Assembly (NCBI GenBank): GCA_943350635.1
Contig: CALRAI010000003.1
Coordinates: forward strand, 1-52,840
Length of the DNA stretch: 52,840 nt
From: Candidatus Uhrbacteria bacterium
Lineage (GTDB): Bacteria; Patescibacteriota; Patescibacteriia; UBA9934
Direction of reading: 5' to 3'
A model generated the notes under the pieces. It saw nothing but the letters and a program-made list of their open reading frames with translations, ran no database searches and had not been told where the DNA came from. Positions 7,933-19,227 of this stretch are shown here, piece after piece. The translations under genes and the position numbers were made by a program. Positions within the stretch are counted from its first letter, which is position 1; each line of letters begins with the position of its first letter.

Positions 7933-10900
7933 GTGAAACGCTCCATTGCAAAACTTCTCACTAGTGTAGGCATCGGACTTTTCTTGGGTCTTGGTGCTTT
8001 AGGTGTTTCTTCTTCGATCGTACACGCTGCTGACGCAACGACTGATGGACTTGAAGCGGTTGGTGGGGAGACTGGCTTGAGCACAACGGATCCGAAAATT
8101 ATCATTGGAAACATTATCCGTACGGGTCTTGGTGTCCTTGGTATTATTTTAGTGTGTTTCATGGTGTATGGTGGTTTTGTGTGGATGACGGCTGCCGGAA
8201 ATCCAGAACGAGTCGATAAGGCGAAGAAGATTTTGGTGAATGCAGTGATTGGGTTGATTATTATTTTGCTCTCTTGGAGTATTACGTCGTTTGTGATCAA
8301 TTCGTTGCTCGACGCGACGGGAAGTTCCGGTGGATCGAGTAGTAGTGGTGGGGGTAGCGGGGGAGGGTATGGTCTCGGTGGTGGAAGTTCATCGTCGTTC
8401 ACTGTAACGGGATACTCGCCAGAAGGAGCGGTGACCATTCGAAACATTGTTCCGCGCATTACCTTCAGCAAAACCGTGGATAAAGATACTGTTGATGCAA
8501 ATGTGGTTATTGCGGATGCATCGGGAACTGCGGTTGCTGGAACGTTTATGGTTACGGGGAATGTCGTGAAGTTTACGCCAACCGCAGTGTGTCCGGATCC
8601 GAATACGGATCGATTCTGTTTTGATGAAAATGCGGTGTTTACTGTAACCGTCGGTGCTGGAGTATTGAGTTCTGGTGGTTCTGCAGTTGAATGTGATTCT
8701 GTTTCGAGTCCTTGTACGAGCACATTCACGTCTGGATCCCTGGTGGATACCGATAATCCTGATGCATCGATTACTGTTCCAACGACGAGTGTTGCATCTA
8801 ACTCAACGGCGGATTTTCAAGTTGCTGCAACGGACGATGCTGGTGTTGCTGGGGCAGATTTCTTGGTGGATGATGAATGGCAAGATAGTGTTTCTGCTGA
8901 TGGAACAGTGAGTACCACTATTTCCACAGTGCTTGATACATCAAGCTTGGTTGATGGTACGAAGTACACCTTCATGGCAACGGTTATCGACTTTGCAGGG
9001 AACGAGGATTCGGACACGGTTTCAGTGCGCGCTCGGCCAGCAACATGTTTTAATGAAACGCTCGACGCATCTGCCGGTGAAACGGGCATTGATTGTGGCG
9101 GTGATTCGTCCTCGACGAGCTATTGTGGCGCATGTTCTGGAGATTCGTGTACCACGAGTGCTGATTGTTCAAGCGGTATGTGTACCGATGGTGTGTGTGT
9201 TGCAAATCCTTTAATTTCTGGAGTGTCGCCACAGGACGGTGCGGTGGGAACATATGTAACGATTTCGGGATCCGATTTTGGTGCAAATACTGGAACAATT
9301 CTTTTTACCGATACTGCTGGCACGGGAACTATTGAGGCTGAGGTGCTCACATCTTGTGGCGGAGGATGGGGTGGAAGTCAGGTAGTGGTGGTTGTTCCGG
9401 AAGGTGCGGGCGATGGACCGATTTCGATTACAACTGCAAATGGTGATAGCGATGCAACGGACGATGATTCTGGTGCACTTGTTCCAAATTTTGATGTGAA
9501 TGCCACTGTTCATCCAGGACTTTGTGCGCTTTCCAAGTCGTCGGGAACGTCCTCCTCCGCACTTACGTTGACCGGTGTAAATTTTGGTGAAGCGCAAGGA
9601 ACATCTACGGTGGCATTTGCGGCAACTGCGGCGGGATCCTACACATCGTGGGCAGATGAGACGGTGAAGGTTACTGTGCCTGAGGCGAATGCGGGGGATT
9701 ACGATGTTGGTGTTACGGTTGGTGGGGTTGCTTCTAACGTTATTTCTTTCACGGTTGCTGAGGCGTCGGTTGATGCGTCGTCTATTACGGATATTTCTCC
9801 TGCTTCTGGCGGTATTGGTCAGTACGTTACGTTGAGCGGAACGAACTTTGGGACATCGGTTGGTACGGTAACGTTTACGAGCACAACTGGTGAAACTGCT
9901 ACGGGAAGCATCGATTTCCCCTCTGCATGTAGTTCTGATTTCTGGGAGCCGGAACAGGTGATTTTCATTGTTCCGGAAACGTTCGACGACGCTGCGGCAA
10001 CTGCGCTCACTTCCGGTGTGTACTCCGTAACTATCACGAATCAAAGCGGCGTAACGTCTTCCGCTGCGTCCTTCACGGTTACTGATACCGAGCCTACGCC
10101 GGGTATTTGTGGAATTACGGCTACTGCAGATGTTGGGGACACTATTACCATTAGTGGTGATCAATTTGGTCTCGCAACTGATACGCTTACGTTTTACAGC
10201 GGCGTTACTAGTTTGACTGCGACGTCGTGGAATAATAGTACAATTACTGCTTTGGTTCCTTCTGGCGCTGTGACTGGTCCAGTTACTGTTACAGTAGCCG
10301 GTTCAAAGAGTAACTCTGCGAACCTTACGGTTGGTGAGGTTGCGGAAGATGAGCCGGACGCCGTGTACGCTGCATATGCATGGGATTTCTCTACAGGACA
10401 GATTATGCGCGTTCCTACAGTAGTGAGTGAATGTTCCGATACCACGATTTCTTCTGTGCCGAACGATATTTATTCCGAAGAAGGAGAGATTTGTGTGAAT
10501 GCGGTGGTGTACGCAGAATTTTCTACGTTGATGAACGAAGGAAGTGTTACGGATGCGATATCTGTAGTGGAATGTACTGCTGCTGTTGCGAGCGCTACAG
10601 ATGATCCTTGTGCCACAACTGAGGAAGTGGCGGGATCCGCTACGGCAGCGTCTTCTACAACGGCAACACGAGTAACGTGGATTCCTACTCAAGAATTTAC
10701 TACAAATTCCGTGTATCGCGTTACGCTTTCTACTACGGCGAAATCTACAGATAGCATTGCAATGGCGCGTGATGTGACTTGGGATTTTACCACGTCAACG
10801 TCCGCTGAGCATTGTGTGGTGGATCGCGTGACGGTTACACCGGCGGAAGACACGATTGCAGCCGCTGGAGACGCTGCTTCCTTTGCCGCGAATGCGGGTA

Positions 10901-13900
10901 CAGGCTGTGTTCTGGTAGATAGTTCCGCGTATTCATGGGACTGGTCTGTAGATAGTTATTCCTATGTTGACTTTGATGAAGTTTCATTCTCCGATTGTGA
11001 GGGGGATCCCACGGCTTGTGGCGCATTTTATGCAATCGCGGAAGGAACAACGGTAGTAACCGCAACAGCTTTGAATGCGAGTGGTGCTGGAGATGTTTCG
11101 GATGACGCGTCACTCGTGGTGAATTTTACAGATCCATATATTTCAGATTACGCGCCAGATTGTGAAGAAGCATGTACGAATGCATTGATTAGCGCGTCGT
11201 TTAGTACTGCGGTTGTGAAGGCTGATGTTACCACCGGGGACCATGTGCTCTTGTATTCGTGTACCAATGAATTGTGTACGAATCTTACGTTGGTGGATTC
11301 CAATCCCGAATGTGTATACGAGTCTACGGATACAGACGAGGAGCATTGCATGGGCTTTCAGTTCCCATTAGAGCCTTTGGTTGCGAGCGGATACTATCGT
11401 GTGATTGTTTCTGGAGAAATTACTAGCGAGAGTGGTGTTGCGCTTATTCGTACAAATTACGGAACGGATTATTCGTGGACGTTCCGTGTGCGTGAGGATG
11501 GTACGGCATGTGCGGTGGATCGTATTTCTATTACGCCATCGGCTTCTGTTGTGGCTTCTGTGGGCGCGCGTACAAGTTTTACTGCTGATGCGTATGGCGC
11601 AGCAGATTCGTGCTCTACGTCTGGTCAGCAACTTGTGGGAACAAGTTATAACTGGGGCTGGACGGATCCAATTGAGAATGATGCACAAAATAACGATGAT
11701 GCTCCTGTAGGAACATATACTGCGGCGTGGCAAACGGTTGATGATGTGTTGCTTGATGGTGGCCCTTCCGCAATTCCTGAAGGATGCTCTTCCTTGTGTA
11801 CGCCAATTGGAAGTTCGCCAGACCAAGCGGTGTGTGGCGATGGTGTAATTGACGAGAATGCGGATGGTGGTGGTGAGGAGTGTGACGACAGCAATACCAC
11901 GGATCACGACGGATGTTCCTCAACATGTTTGCTGGAAGGTTCTTCTGTGTGTGCGTTTACGTGTACATCTACTGGTGTATCCTGCACTGCAGACAGTCAG
12001 TGTGCCGAAGTTTGTGACACGGAAACACTTACGTGCTCTGGTCATGCAACGCAGGCATGTGCCGTGGATAGTGATTGTCCAGATGTTGCGGCCACGTGTG
12101 AAACGGTAGGAGCCAACTGCTGTGGAAATGCTGCAATAGATGTTGCGTATGATAGTGACATTGCAGAAAGTTGCGACGATGGAAATATTGTTGATGGCGA
12201 CGGCTGCGCGGCGTCTTGTGTTGCGGAGGGTTCTGCGTCGGTTGGTTCGACGTGTGGAAATAGTGATATCGCTTTCGATGCTACAACGCATGCTGGAGAA
12301 CTTTGTGACGACGGAAATAATGCGAGTGGTGACGGATGTTCACGATTGTGTTTGCCGGAGGGTTCGCAGAGCTTAGCGTTGCTTGGAAATGCGCTGTGTG
12401 GTGATAGCGAAATTACGTCTCCATATGAGACGTGTGATGACGGAAATACCACGGATAACGATGGATGTTCTTCTACCTGTGTTCGTGAAGGATTATTGAA
12501 ATGTACCGCTACGCTTACTACGCAATGCTGTGGAAACGCTATTCTTGAACAAAATTCTGTTACGAGCGCTGGTGAGGATTGTGATCCGGCATCGGGCGTT
12601 GAAGGTTGTACGAGCTCCTGTATGTATGAGGGATCTTCTGTGGATTATGCAGCGCCTTCTGTTTGTGGCGATGGTGTTGAAGGTATTGGTGAATTCCCAT
12701 CCTGTGAACCAGCAACATCAAGTGGAGATGGGTATCCTGATCCTACTCAAGTTGCGTACATGACCGACGACGCGGTGTTTCATGTGAGTACGGAGACAGA
12801 TCAGGCTATTGGAACCGTTAAAGTTTCTGAGCCAACATCTGGCCTGTATATTACGTCGGATTTTGCGCTCACGTGTGCTGCGTCGTCTGATTTAGATTGT
12901 TTGGATCCAGATACTGGCGTTGGTCTCTCGAACTGCTGCGTGCCTCGTCCAACACTCACGTCGTCTGCACCAGCCGGAGCAGAGGTATGCCGTAACGCTG
13001 CAATTTACGGTGTGTTCTCTGAGGAAATGAATACCGGTTCCTTTACGTATAGCGAATCTGTCGCCGGCACTACCACCACAACTCCGTACATGTATCTGAA
13101 GCTCACGCTTGCTTCCGGTCAAACGTGTCCAGACGGATACACCACACTCGCGGTAACCAAAATGAATTTCTTTGCAAAGGTCATGAGCACTGTTCGTACG
13201 TTCTTCCTTGGGGAAACCGCGGAGGCTGCGGTGGCTGCGGGCGCAGCAGATACTGGTGATTGTATTATGCCGATTGACTCCTATTCGCAGTCGGATGTGA
13301 GTACTGCTACTGCGACGGCATTTAAGGTTGCGATGGGGTACCGAACGGCGCTTGAAGCAAATTCTACCTACACATTGGTGTTTGTTGGTGACGACACTAT
13401 TACGGACGCTGTTACCGATGGTATTACGTCTAAGCTTGGCGCAGGAATGGACGGCACGCAGTCCGTGACGTTTGTAACTGGACCTGACATTTGTACGTTG
13501 GATATGGTGGATGTTGAGGACACGAGTACGGAGAGTCCGAACACCTTTACGACCACAGGAGAATCGCATACGTTCACCGCAACGGCGATTTCTTATGCAA
13601 ACAACACGAGCCAAGAAATTGCCGAACTTCCTGGCGTATACGACTGGACATGGTCTGCATGGGAGAGCAGCGATGCGACGTTGTTTACCGCTACGCAAGG
13701 TGGTGCGTCCGTATTAGATACCGCCACTGTTGTTTCGGTAGGGGACAACGGTGAGGCTACAGTGATTGCGTCGGCAACAGTGTCTGATTATACGTCGGGA
13801 GTATTGGAAACGAGTACGGTACAGGGAACGTCTGACGTTACCGCATTGTTGTGTGAAAATCCTTGGCCAGCAGTGGCGTCGTATCCGTGGACGGATGACG

Positions 13901-16900
13901 GTACAGATTCAGGTTCTGCAGTGGGGAACAACGGATACATGAATTTCTCCTTGGGGTACTGTCAGGATTACGAAGAAGACGGTGTGCTTACGGACGATTT
14001 GCCGGATGTTTCCGTGGTGCTTGCACCGATGTCGCCGTCGACCGCGGTGTTGAAGGAGTATCTCTTTGAAATTGATACAACGTCGTCGACTGCTGCAACA
14101 GACGATGCTGGCGATGTGATTGGTGTTCGTATCATGAGTAACCCAGAACACTTGAATCCGTTAGCTTGGTACAAGGCACAAGGATTTACCGGCAGCCCTG
14201 CAGAAACGACGATTGATGGATTCCAGGCGCTTACTGATAGTCGATCAACATATGTTGCAATGGCGAATTCGACGACATCTGGTTTGTACACCAACATTTT
14301 GGTTATTTCCTACAACGAAGGCGCGTCTGTTGTAACGCAAGCGGTATACGAAGAAATGGTGGCAAACCTCAGTTTCTTAACGAACGTAGCAAGCACTGCG
14401 GTGTGTAGTTCTACGGCAAGTACATCATGCACCGCGGACGCGGAGTGTCCTTCTGGTGAAACATGTTTGGACGATAAATCGAAAATTACACGTGACACAA
14501 AGCGCATGGGAGATTTGAAGGACATCGCCACGAGTGTTGAGGAGTATAGCGACGAGAATCAAACATGTAGCGCTACCACAGCACAGTCCTGTAGCGATGA
14601 TAGCGACTGTCCGGATGGTGAAACGTGTGAGGCAACCATTCCAACATTGTCGTCTGGCACAGCGGTACGATCGTTGGTGTCGAGTGCATGGGGGTCGTGG
14701 GTAGAGTCTTTTGGTGGTGCACTTGATGGCTCTGATGTTCCTACGGATCCATTGAATAGTTATGCTGCGTGTACCGGATACGATTCCGCAACGTGTGTGA
14801 ATCAAACTAGTGGATCGTACTCATGTCCGGATGGTTCGTATGTGTATCATTATCGTGCGGTCGGTGCTCGTGAATATGAATTGGCGATGGATTTGGAATA
14901 TACGGCAACAAGCTGGGTGAGCGCGCTGGATTCGGATTCTACGGACAATGTGACGTATTACACCTCTTCTTATTGTGATGGTGATGTGTACGGTACATCG
15001 AGCGCCTGTGGCGACGGTATTATTGGACTAAACGCATCGGGCGTTACGGAAATATGTGAAACGGGAGACGTACAATCGGCTGCATGTATTTACGACGCTG
15101 GCACCGACGCAACCTCTACTTCCGACGACACCATGGGCACAGCGAACGCTGAATGTAATAGCACCTGTTTGGGATACGATGCTGTTGCTGCGGACGCAAC
15201 GTGTTCTGCAGATTCTTGTGGGGACGGAGTGGTGAACGGTACTGAAACGTGTGACGATGGTGTGATGAATGGGGAGTATGGATATTGTGGAGACTTATGT
15301 TCGTACACCGGAGCGACCTATTGCGGTGATGGTGTTATTTCTGGAGGTGAGGTGTGTGATTGTGGAGATAGTACGATGACGAACGCAGCAATTCTTGGAG
15401 CAGCAAAGCCATACGGAGGAAGCTCAGGAAGTTGTACTGGCTCGCATACTGCAGGGTCGAATGGAACATATGCAGCGAATCTCAACACTACGTGTGCCTG
15501 GGACTGTGGTGGTCCGGCAAGTTATTGTGGGGACGTGGTGGTTGATGCTGGGGAAAGCTGTGATGGCGACACGGATTCTTGGGAGGGTGCGTTGTGTGGG
15601 GATCACGAAACTGAATGTACATCGGATGCGGATTGTGTGAATGATGGAACGACTGATCATCAATGTGGCGCGGTATATGGATCGTGTCCTACCGCAAGAG
15701 TTTGTCGTGGAGGATCGATGGATGGGTATCCTTGTTCTATTGAGTCGTGGCCTGCGGCGACAATAACAGAATTTGGTCAGTCGTATTTAGATGGCGTCGA
15801 GCTGGCGCTGTGGGTTGCTTGTTTATCTGGCGCAACAACAGATTCCTCGGACGATGGATTGTGTGATGCGTCGGATCAGGTTTATCAAACGGCATATACT
15901 CGCTCGTGCGATGACGATACCGCTTCTACATCAACATGCGGATGGAATACTTGGAATTATTGTAACTATAACGGTCAGTCGTGTGGAAATGGTGTCATTG
16001 ATGGTAGTGAAGAATGTGACGACGGTAACGACGTTGCTACCGATGCATGTACGACGATTTGTACAACAAACGTTTGTGGTGATGCGTATATTTATGATGG
16101 TCTTGAAGAATGTGACGAAGGTACGGAAAATGGCGCGGGATGTGATTCGGCATATGAGTCTACGTGCACTGCCTGTTCCACAAGTTGTTATTACACCACG
16201 CAGTCCGGAGAATTCTGTGGTGATGGCGTGATTAATGGGGATGAGTTATGTGATGGCGCTGATGTTCCGTACTACTGGTATGATGATTCGTACGAAATTG
16301 AGGGTGATGAATATATTGTTGGAAACTGTACTGCCGTGCAAAATGGAAAGTCGTACTACAGCGAAACCGGTGATTACTATCGATTCACGAATGATTCTGG
16401 CGCTGATTTTTCAACGACAGTCATGTGCTACCAGGTTGGTCTGTGTAGTGGTGGTGATAATAATGGCGAATACTGTGGTGTAGGAAATACGTACGAAGAA
16501 TGTACTGGCGGAACCTGCGTAGCCCCGGTTTGTGACGCTTCCTGTGGGGTTATGTGCCCTACGTCTCAAGAGACGGGAACATTGTTGCTCACGTCCAATC
16601 TTGCTGGTGCTTCGGAAGAGAGTGATGTTGATCTGTACTCGTATAATTCGGAAAGCACAGCCAATCTTCCAAACGCTGCAACAATCACCGTTCCTGCGTG
16701 TACAACGGCAGGGAATCTTATTGCCGACGTGGACTTTGCCGGTGTTGAGGCACCGGATGTGTACGTGGTGTTTGTAACGGATGTTTCAGGATCGATGGCA
16801 ACAACGGATATGACATCGGCTAAGTCACGAATCTCGGTAGCGCAAGAGAGTATTAATACTGCGATTGGTGAGCTGTATGATGAGCTAGGTGACAAAGTAC

Positions 16901-17703
16901 ATATTGGACTGGTGAGCTATTCAAGTACATCAACCGTTGGCACCAAAGATGCTGATGGTGGGCTTATCTTTATCGATCAAGATTATTCGGATCCTGATAC
17001 GGGTGCAGATGCGGAAACAACACTTACATCAAAAATTGATGCATATGTTGCGAGTGGTGGAACGGAAACTGACGATGGGCTTGATGATGCGCAGACGCTT
17101 CTTGCAACGATTACCGATACTTCAAATATTGCAAAAATCATTATTCTTTTGAGTGATGGTGCTCCAAATTCTGAATCTGCCGTTGACACCGAAGCGCTCG
17201 CCCTATTGAAGACTTCCGGAATTGAAACCTATACTCTCGCCCTAACCACAACGGATACATTGGAAACTGATATGGATCGTTGGTCGTCAAATTCTATTTG
17301 TGAGTCAACTGACACTTCACTAACGTCATCTTGTGATATCGATGAATACGTTACTGACACTGCTGCAAGTACCTACGATCCCGATTCGAGCGAAGATTTT
17401 AATGATTCAAATCTTATCGATTATTCCTATTCTGGCTCTTCAACGTCTGAGGTTGAGTCTGCGTACTCAACGATTATTGACTCTATCACCAGCGGACAGG
17501 TCGTATTATTCTCTTCGGCTGATGGCGTTGTTGAGACGACAGATCCTGGTTCGGTTGATGATTCGCATAATATTTCACTTCCATGGCCAGAAAACTTTGT
17601 TTGTGATGGTGTTACTGAGACGGAATTGCCGGTGCAGGTTACGTTCCGCGGCGAAGGGATTATCAATATCAGTAATGTTCGTATCGACTACTGCGCTCCA
17701 TAG
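7933..17703 (+). CDS. Giant 3256-aa surface protein: pilin-like anchor, Ig-like and IPT/TIG domains, Cys-rich CGDG/ECDDGN repeats, internal pilin-like helix, C-terminal VWA
   Basis: WMTAAGNPERVDKAKKILVNAVIGL; VTISGSDFG-type IPT motifs; ECDDGN..DGCS..C repeats; MIDAS DVSGSM...LSDG. Confidence 0.85.
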   Translation: MKRSIAKLLTSVGIGLFLGLGALGVSSSIVHAADATTDGLEAVGGETGLSTTDPKIIIGNIIRTGLGVLGIILVCFMVYGGFVWMTAAGNPERVDKAKKILVNAVIGLIIILLSWSITSFVINSLLDATGSSGGSSSSGGGSGGGYGLGGGSSSSFTVTGYSPEGAVTIRNIVPRITFSKTVDKDTVDANVVIADASGTAVAGTFMVTGNVVKFTPTAVCPDPNTDRFCFDENAVFTVTVGAGVLSSGGSAVECDSVSSPCTSTFTSGSLVDTDNPDASITVPTTSVASNSTADFQVAATDDAGVAGADFLVDDEWQDSVSADGTVSTTISTVLDTSSLVDGTKYTFMATVIDFAGNEDSDTVSVRARPATCFNETLDASAGETGIDCGGDSSSTSYCGACSGDSCTTSADCSSGMCTDGVCVANPLISGVSPQDGAVGTYVTISGSDFGANTGTILFTDTAGTGTIEAEVLTSCGGGWGGSQVVVVVPEGAGDGPISITTANGDSDATDDDSGALVPNFDVNATVHPGLCALSKSSGTSSSALTLTGVNFGEAQGTSTVAFAATAAGSYTSWADETVKVTVPEANAGDYDVGVTVGGVASNVISFTVAEASVDASSITDISPASGGIGQYVTLSGTNFGTSVGTVTFTSTTGETATGSIDFPSACSSDFWEPEQVIFIVPETFDDAAATALTSGVYSVTITNQSGVTSSAASFTVTDTEPTPGICGITATADVGDTITISGDQFGLATDTLTFYSGVTSLTATSWNNSTITALVPSGAVTGPVTVTVAGSKSNSANLTVGEVAEDEPDAVYAAYAWDFSTGQIMRVPTVVSECSDTTISSVPNDIYSEEGEICVNAVVYAEFSTLMNEGSVTDAISVVECTAAVASATDDPCATTEEVAGSATAASSTTATRVTWIPTQEFTTNSVYRVTLSTTAKSTDSIAMARDVTWDFTTSTSAEHCVVDRVTVTPAEDTIAAAGDAASFAANAGTGCVLVDSSAYSWDWSVDSYSYVDFDEVSFSDCEGDPTACGAFYAIAEGTTVVTATALNASGAGDVSDDASLVVNFTDPYISDYAPDCEEACTNALISASFSTAVVKADVTTGDHVLLYSCTNELCTNLTLVDSNPECVYESTDTDEEHCMGFQFPLEPLVASGYYRVIVSGEITSESGVALIRTNYGTDYSWTFRVREDGTACAVDRISITPSASVVASVGARTSFTADAYGAADSCSTSGQQLVGTSYNWGWTDPIENDAQNNDDAPVGTYTAAWQTVDDVLLDGGPSAIPEGCSSLCTPIGSSPDQAVCGDGVIDENADGGGEECDDSNTTDHDGCSSTCLLEGSSVCAFTCTSTGVSCTADSQCAEVCDTETLTCSGHATQACAVDSDCPDVAATCETVGANCCGNAAIDVAYDSDIAESCDDGNIVDGDGCAASCVAEGSASVGSTCGNSDIAFDATTHAGELCDDGNNASGDGCSRLCLPEGSQSLALLGNALCGDSEITSPYETCDDGNTTDNDGCSSTCVREGLLKCTATLTTQCCGNAILEQNSVTSAGEDCDPASGVEGCTSSCMYEGSSVDYAAPSVCGDGVEGIGEFPSCEPATSSGDGYPDPTQVAYMTDDAVFHVSTETDQAIGTVKVSEPTSGLYITSDFALTCAASSDLDCLDPDTGVGLSNCCVPRPTLTSSAPAGAEVCRNAAIYGVFSEEMNTGSFTYSESVAGTTTTTPYMYLKLTLASGQTCPDGYTTLAVTKMNFFAKVMSTVRTFFLGETAEAAVAAGAADTGDCIMPIDSYSQSDVSTATATAFKVAMGYRTALEANSTYTLVFVGDDTITDAVTDGITSKLGAGMDGTQSVTFVTGPDICTLDMVDVEDTSTESPNTFTTTGESHTFTATAISYANNTSQEIAELPGVYDWTWSAWESSDATLFTATQGGASVLDTATVVSVGDNGEATVIASATVSDYTSGVLETSTVQGTSDVTALLCENPWPAVASYPWTDDGTDSGSAVGNNGYMNFSLGYCQDYEEDGVLTDDLPDVSVVLAPMSPSTAVLKEYLFEIDTTSSTAATDDAGDVIGVRIMSNPEHLNPLAWYKAQGFTGSPAETTIDGFQALTDSRSTYVAMANSTTSGLYTNILVISYNEGASVVTQAVYEEMVANLSFLTNVASTAVCSSTASTSCTADAECPSGETCLDDKSKITRDTKRMGDLKDIATSVEEYSDENQTCSATTAQSCSDDSDCPDGETCEATIPTLSSGTAVRSLVSSAWGSWVESFGGALDGSDVPTDPLNSYAACTGYDSATCVNQTSGSYSCPDGSYVYHYRAVGAREYELAMDLEYTATSWVSALDSDSTDNVTYYTSSYCDGDVYGTSSACGDGIIGLNASGVTEICETGDVQSAACIYDAGTDATSTSDDTMGTANAECNSTCLGYDAVAADATCSADSCGDGVVNGTETCDDGVMNGEYGYCGDLCSYTGATYCGDGVISGGEVCDCGDSTMTNAAILGAAKPYGGSSGSCTGSHTAGSNGTYAANLNTTCAWDCGGPASYCGDVVVDAGESCDGDTDSWEGALCGDHETECTSDADCVNDGTTDHQCGAVYGSCPTARVCRGGSMDGYPCSIESWPAATITEFGQSYLDGVELALWVACLSGATTDSSDDGLCDASDQVYQTAYTRSCDDDTASTSTCGWNTWNYCNYNGQSCGNGVIDGSEECDDGNDVATDACTTICTTNVCGDAYIYDGLEECDEGTENGAGCDSAYESTCTACSTSCYYTTQSGEFCGDGVINGDELCDGADVPYYWYDDSYEIEGDEYIVGNCTAVQNGKSYYSETGDYYRFTNDSGADFSTTVMCYQVGLCSGGDNNGEYCGVGNTYEECTGGTCVAPVCDASCGVMCPTSQETGTLLLTSNLAGASEESDVDLYSYNSESTANLPNAATITVPACTTAGNLIADVDFAGVEAPDVYVVFVTDVSGSMATTDMTSAKSRISVAQESINTAIGELYDELGDKVHIGLVSYSSTSTVGTKDADGGLIFIDQDYSDPDTGADAETTLTSKIDAYVASGGTETDDGLDDAQTLLATITDTSNIAKIIILLSDGAPNSESAVDTEALALLKTSGIETYTLALTTTDTLETDMDRWSSNSICESTDTSLTSSCDIDEYVTDTAASTYDPDSSEDFNDSNLIDYSYSGSSTSEVESAYSTIIDSITSGQVVLFSSADGVVETTDPGSVDDSHNISLPWPENFVCDGVTETELPVQVTFRGEGIINISNVRIDYCAP

Positions 17704-17708
17704 TCCCT

Positions 17709-18533
17709 ATGCCTCTCGATCCCAATAATCAAAACTATTTCGCCCTAGGGGAGCAGCCAACGGTGGTGCTCCCATGGTGGAAGGTACGAAAAAATCACAT
17801 CCGCGTTGTGGCGGTGTTTGGGGTTGCGGTTGGACTTGGATTGGTGGGGTATTACGGGTATCAAACATACACGTTAACGCATGTTGATGTTGCGAAGGTT
17901 GAGCAGGCACAGAATATTATTGCGAATGCAGTGGTTTCGTGCGCAGCAGAGGAGGATCCGGAAGCATGTGAGGCAAAGGCAACCGCTGGTGCGGCGCGAA
18001 CTACGGGCCAGCCTACAGTGTGTAAGAATCTTTCGGATAAGGCGCTTATGAATTGTGTAACGTTAATTGCAATGGACAATGCTGATCCATCAGTATGCGC
18101 TATGCTTTCTGATGATGATGAAATTACGTGTACTGATGCATCGACGTTGCGAGCTGCGAATAAGCGAAACGATTATGGATTGTGTGCAGACATTGTAAAC
18201 TCAGAAAAGAGAGCGGCATGTCAGGCGCAGCTTGTTGATGTGGTTATTGCGGCGAATGAATGTGCGAAATATGAAATTGACGAGGTGACGTGCGGGTACC
18301 CAGCAAAGCTTGATGCAGTTGTTGCGAGCGGAAGCCCAGCAGGTTGTGCGCAGTTTAGCGATTCACAGAAAAGTGGGTGTGAAGATATGTTTACGTCGTT
18401 GGACCAGGATAATGACGGTTTGTCGTTACTTGCTGAATATAAGTTAGGCACATCGGACACGAATGCGGATACGGATGGGGACGGGTATACTGATAGTCAG
18501 GAAGTTGCTTCTGGTCACGATCCTCTCAAATAA
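17709..18533 (+). CDS. Membrane-anchored Cys-rich protein with C-terminal TSP3-like Ca-binding repeats
   Basis: One TM; repeated C-x8-9-C units; DQDNDGL...DTDGDGYTD..E...G.DP. Confidence 0.75.
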   Translation: MPLDPNNQNYFALGEQPTVVLPWWKVRKNHIRVVAVFGVAVGLGLVGYYGYQTYTLTHVDVAKVEQAQNIIANAVVSCAAEEDPEACEAKATAGAARTTGQPTVCKNLSDKALMNCVTLIAMDNADPSVCAMLSDDDEITCTDASTLRAANKRNDYGLCADIVNSEKRAACQAQLVDVVIAANECAKYEIDEVTCGYPAKLDAVVASGSPAGCAQFSDSQKSGCEDMFTSLDQDNDGLSLLAEYKLGTSDTNADTDGDGYTDSQEVASGHDPLK

Positions 18534-18538
18534 ATTGT

Positions 18539-19222
18539 ATGTTTGACGAACCAAAAGATATTTTCGATAGCGTTGATAAGTCGGCGCCAGCGCCAGCGGC
18601 TCCGGTGGCTGCAGCCGATGGTTCTGGTCAACCGGCTATGATCGCGCCACCGCCAACGCGACTTCCATCAACGTATGGCCAAGCACCTATGGCTGCGCCA
18701 ATGGAGCCGCATCGCGGAGGAGGCGTAAAAATTGCGCTGATTATTCTTGGCATTGTCGTCATTTTTGGTACGTCGGGATTCTTTGCATACCGTATTATGG
18801 TGCAGCCGGCTGCGGAGAATAGCGTTGTTGATGCTGTGCCAGACACTGGGGTAACGGACAATAGCGCGGATGCTGATGAACCAACTATTCCATCGTCAAA
18901 CACCGCAACGATGCCGTCCTCGGACGATGCGGATTCGGATGCGGTGGCGCCAACACCAAGCATTACACAAAATCCTGCATCGTTGCTTGATAGCGATGGT
19001 GACGGTCTTACCAATGCGCGCGAGCTCGAAGCTGGAACGTCGGTGACGAAGGCTGATACGGATGGCGACGGACTTGGGGACAGAGAAGAGGTTGAAGTGT
19101 ATGGTACGGATCCACGTAAGCCGGATACGGATGGGGATGGCTATATGGATGGTCAGGAAGTTTCTGGTGGCTACAATCCGAATGGGGAAGGAAAGTTGTT
19201 TACTGTTCCTCAGGCGAAATAA
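18539..19222 (+). CDS. Membrane-anchored protein with TSP3-like Ca-binding repeats
   Basis: Pro-rich N-terminus, TM, three DxDGDG repeats. Confidence 0.75.
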   Translation: MFDEPKDIFDSVDKSAPAPAAPVAAADGSGQPAMIAPPPTRLPSTYGQAPMAAPMEPHRGGGVKIALIILGIVVIFGTSGFFAYRIMVQPAAENSVVDAVPDTGVTDNSADADEPTIPSSNTATMPSSDDADSDAVAPTPSITQNPASLLDSDGDGLTNARELEAGTSVTKADTDGDGLGDREEVEVYGTDPRKPDTDGDGYMDGQEVSGGYNPNGEGKLFTVPQAK

Positions 19223-19227
19223 TTCCT

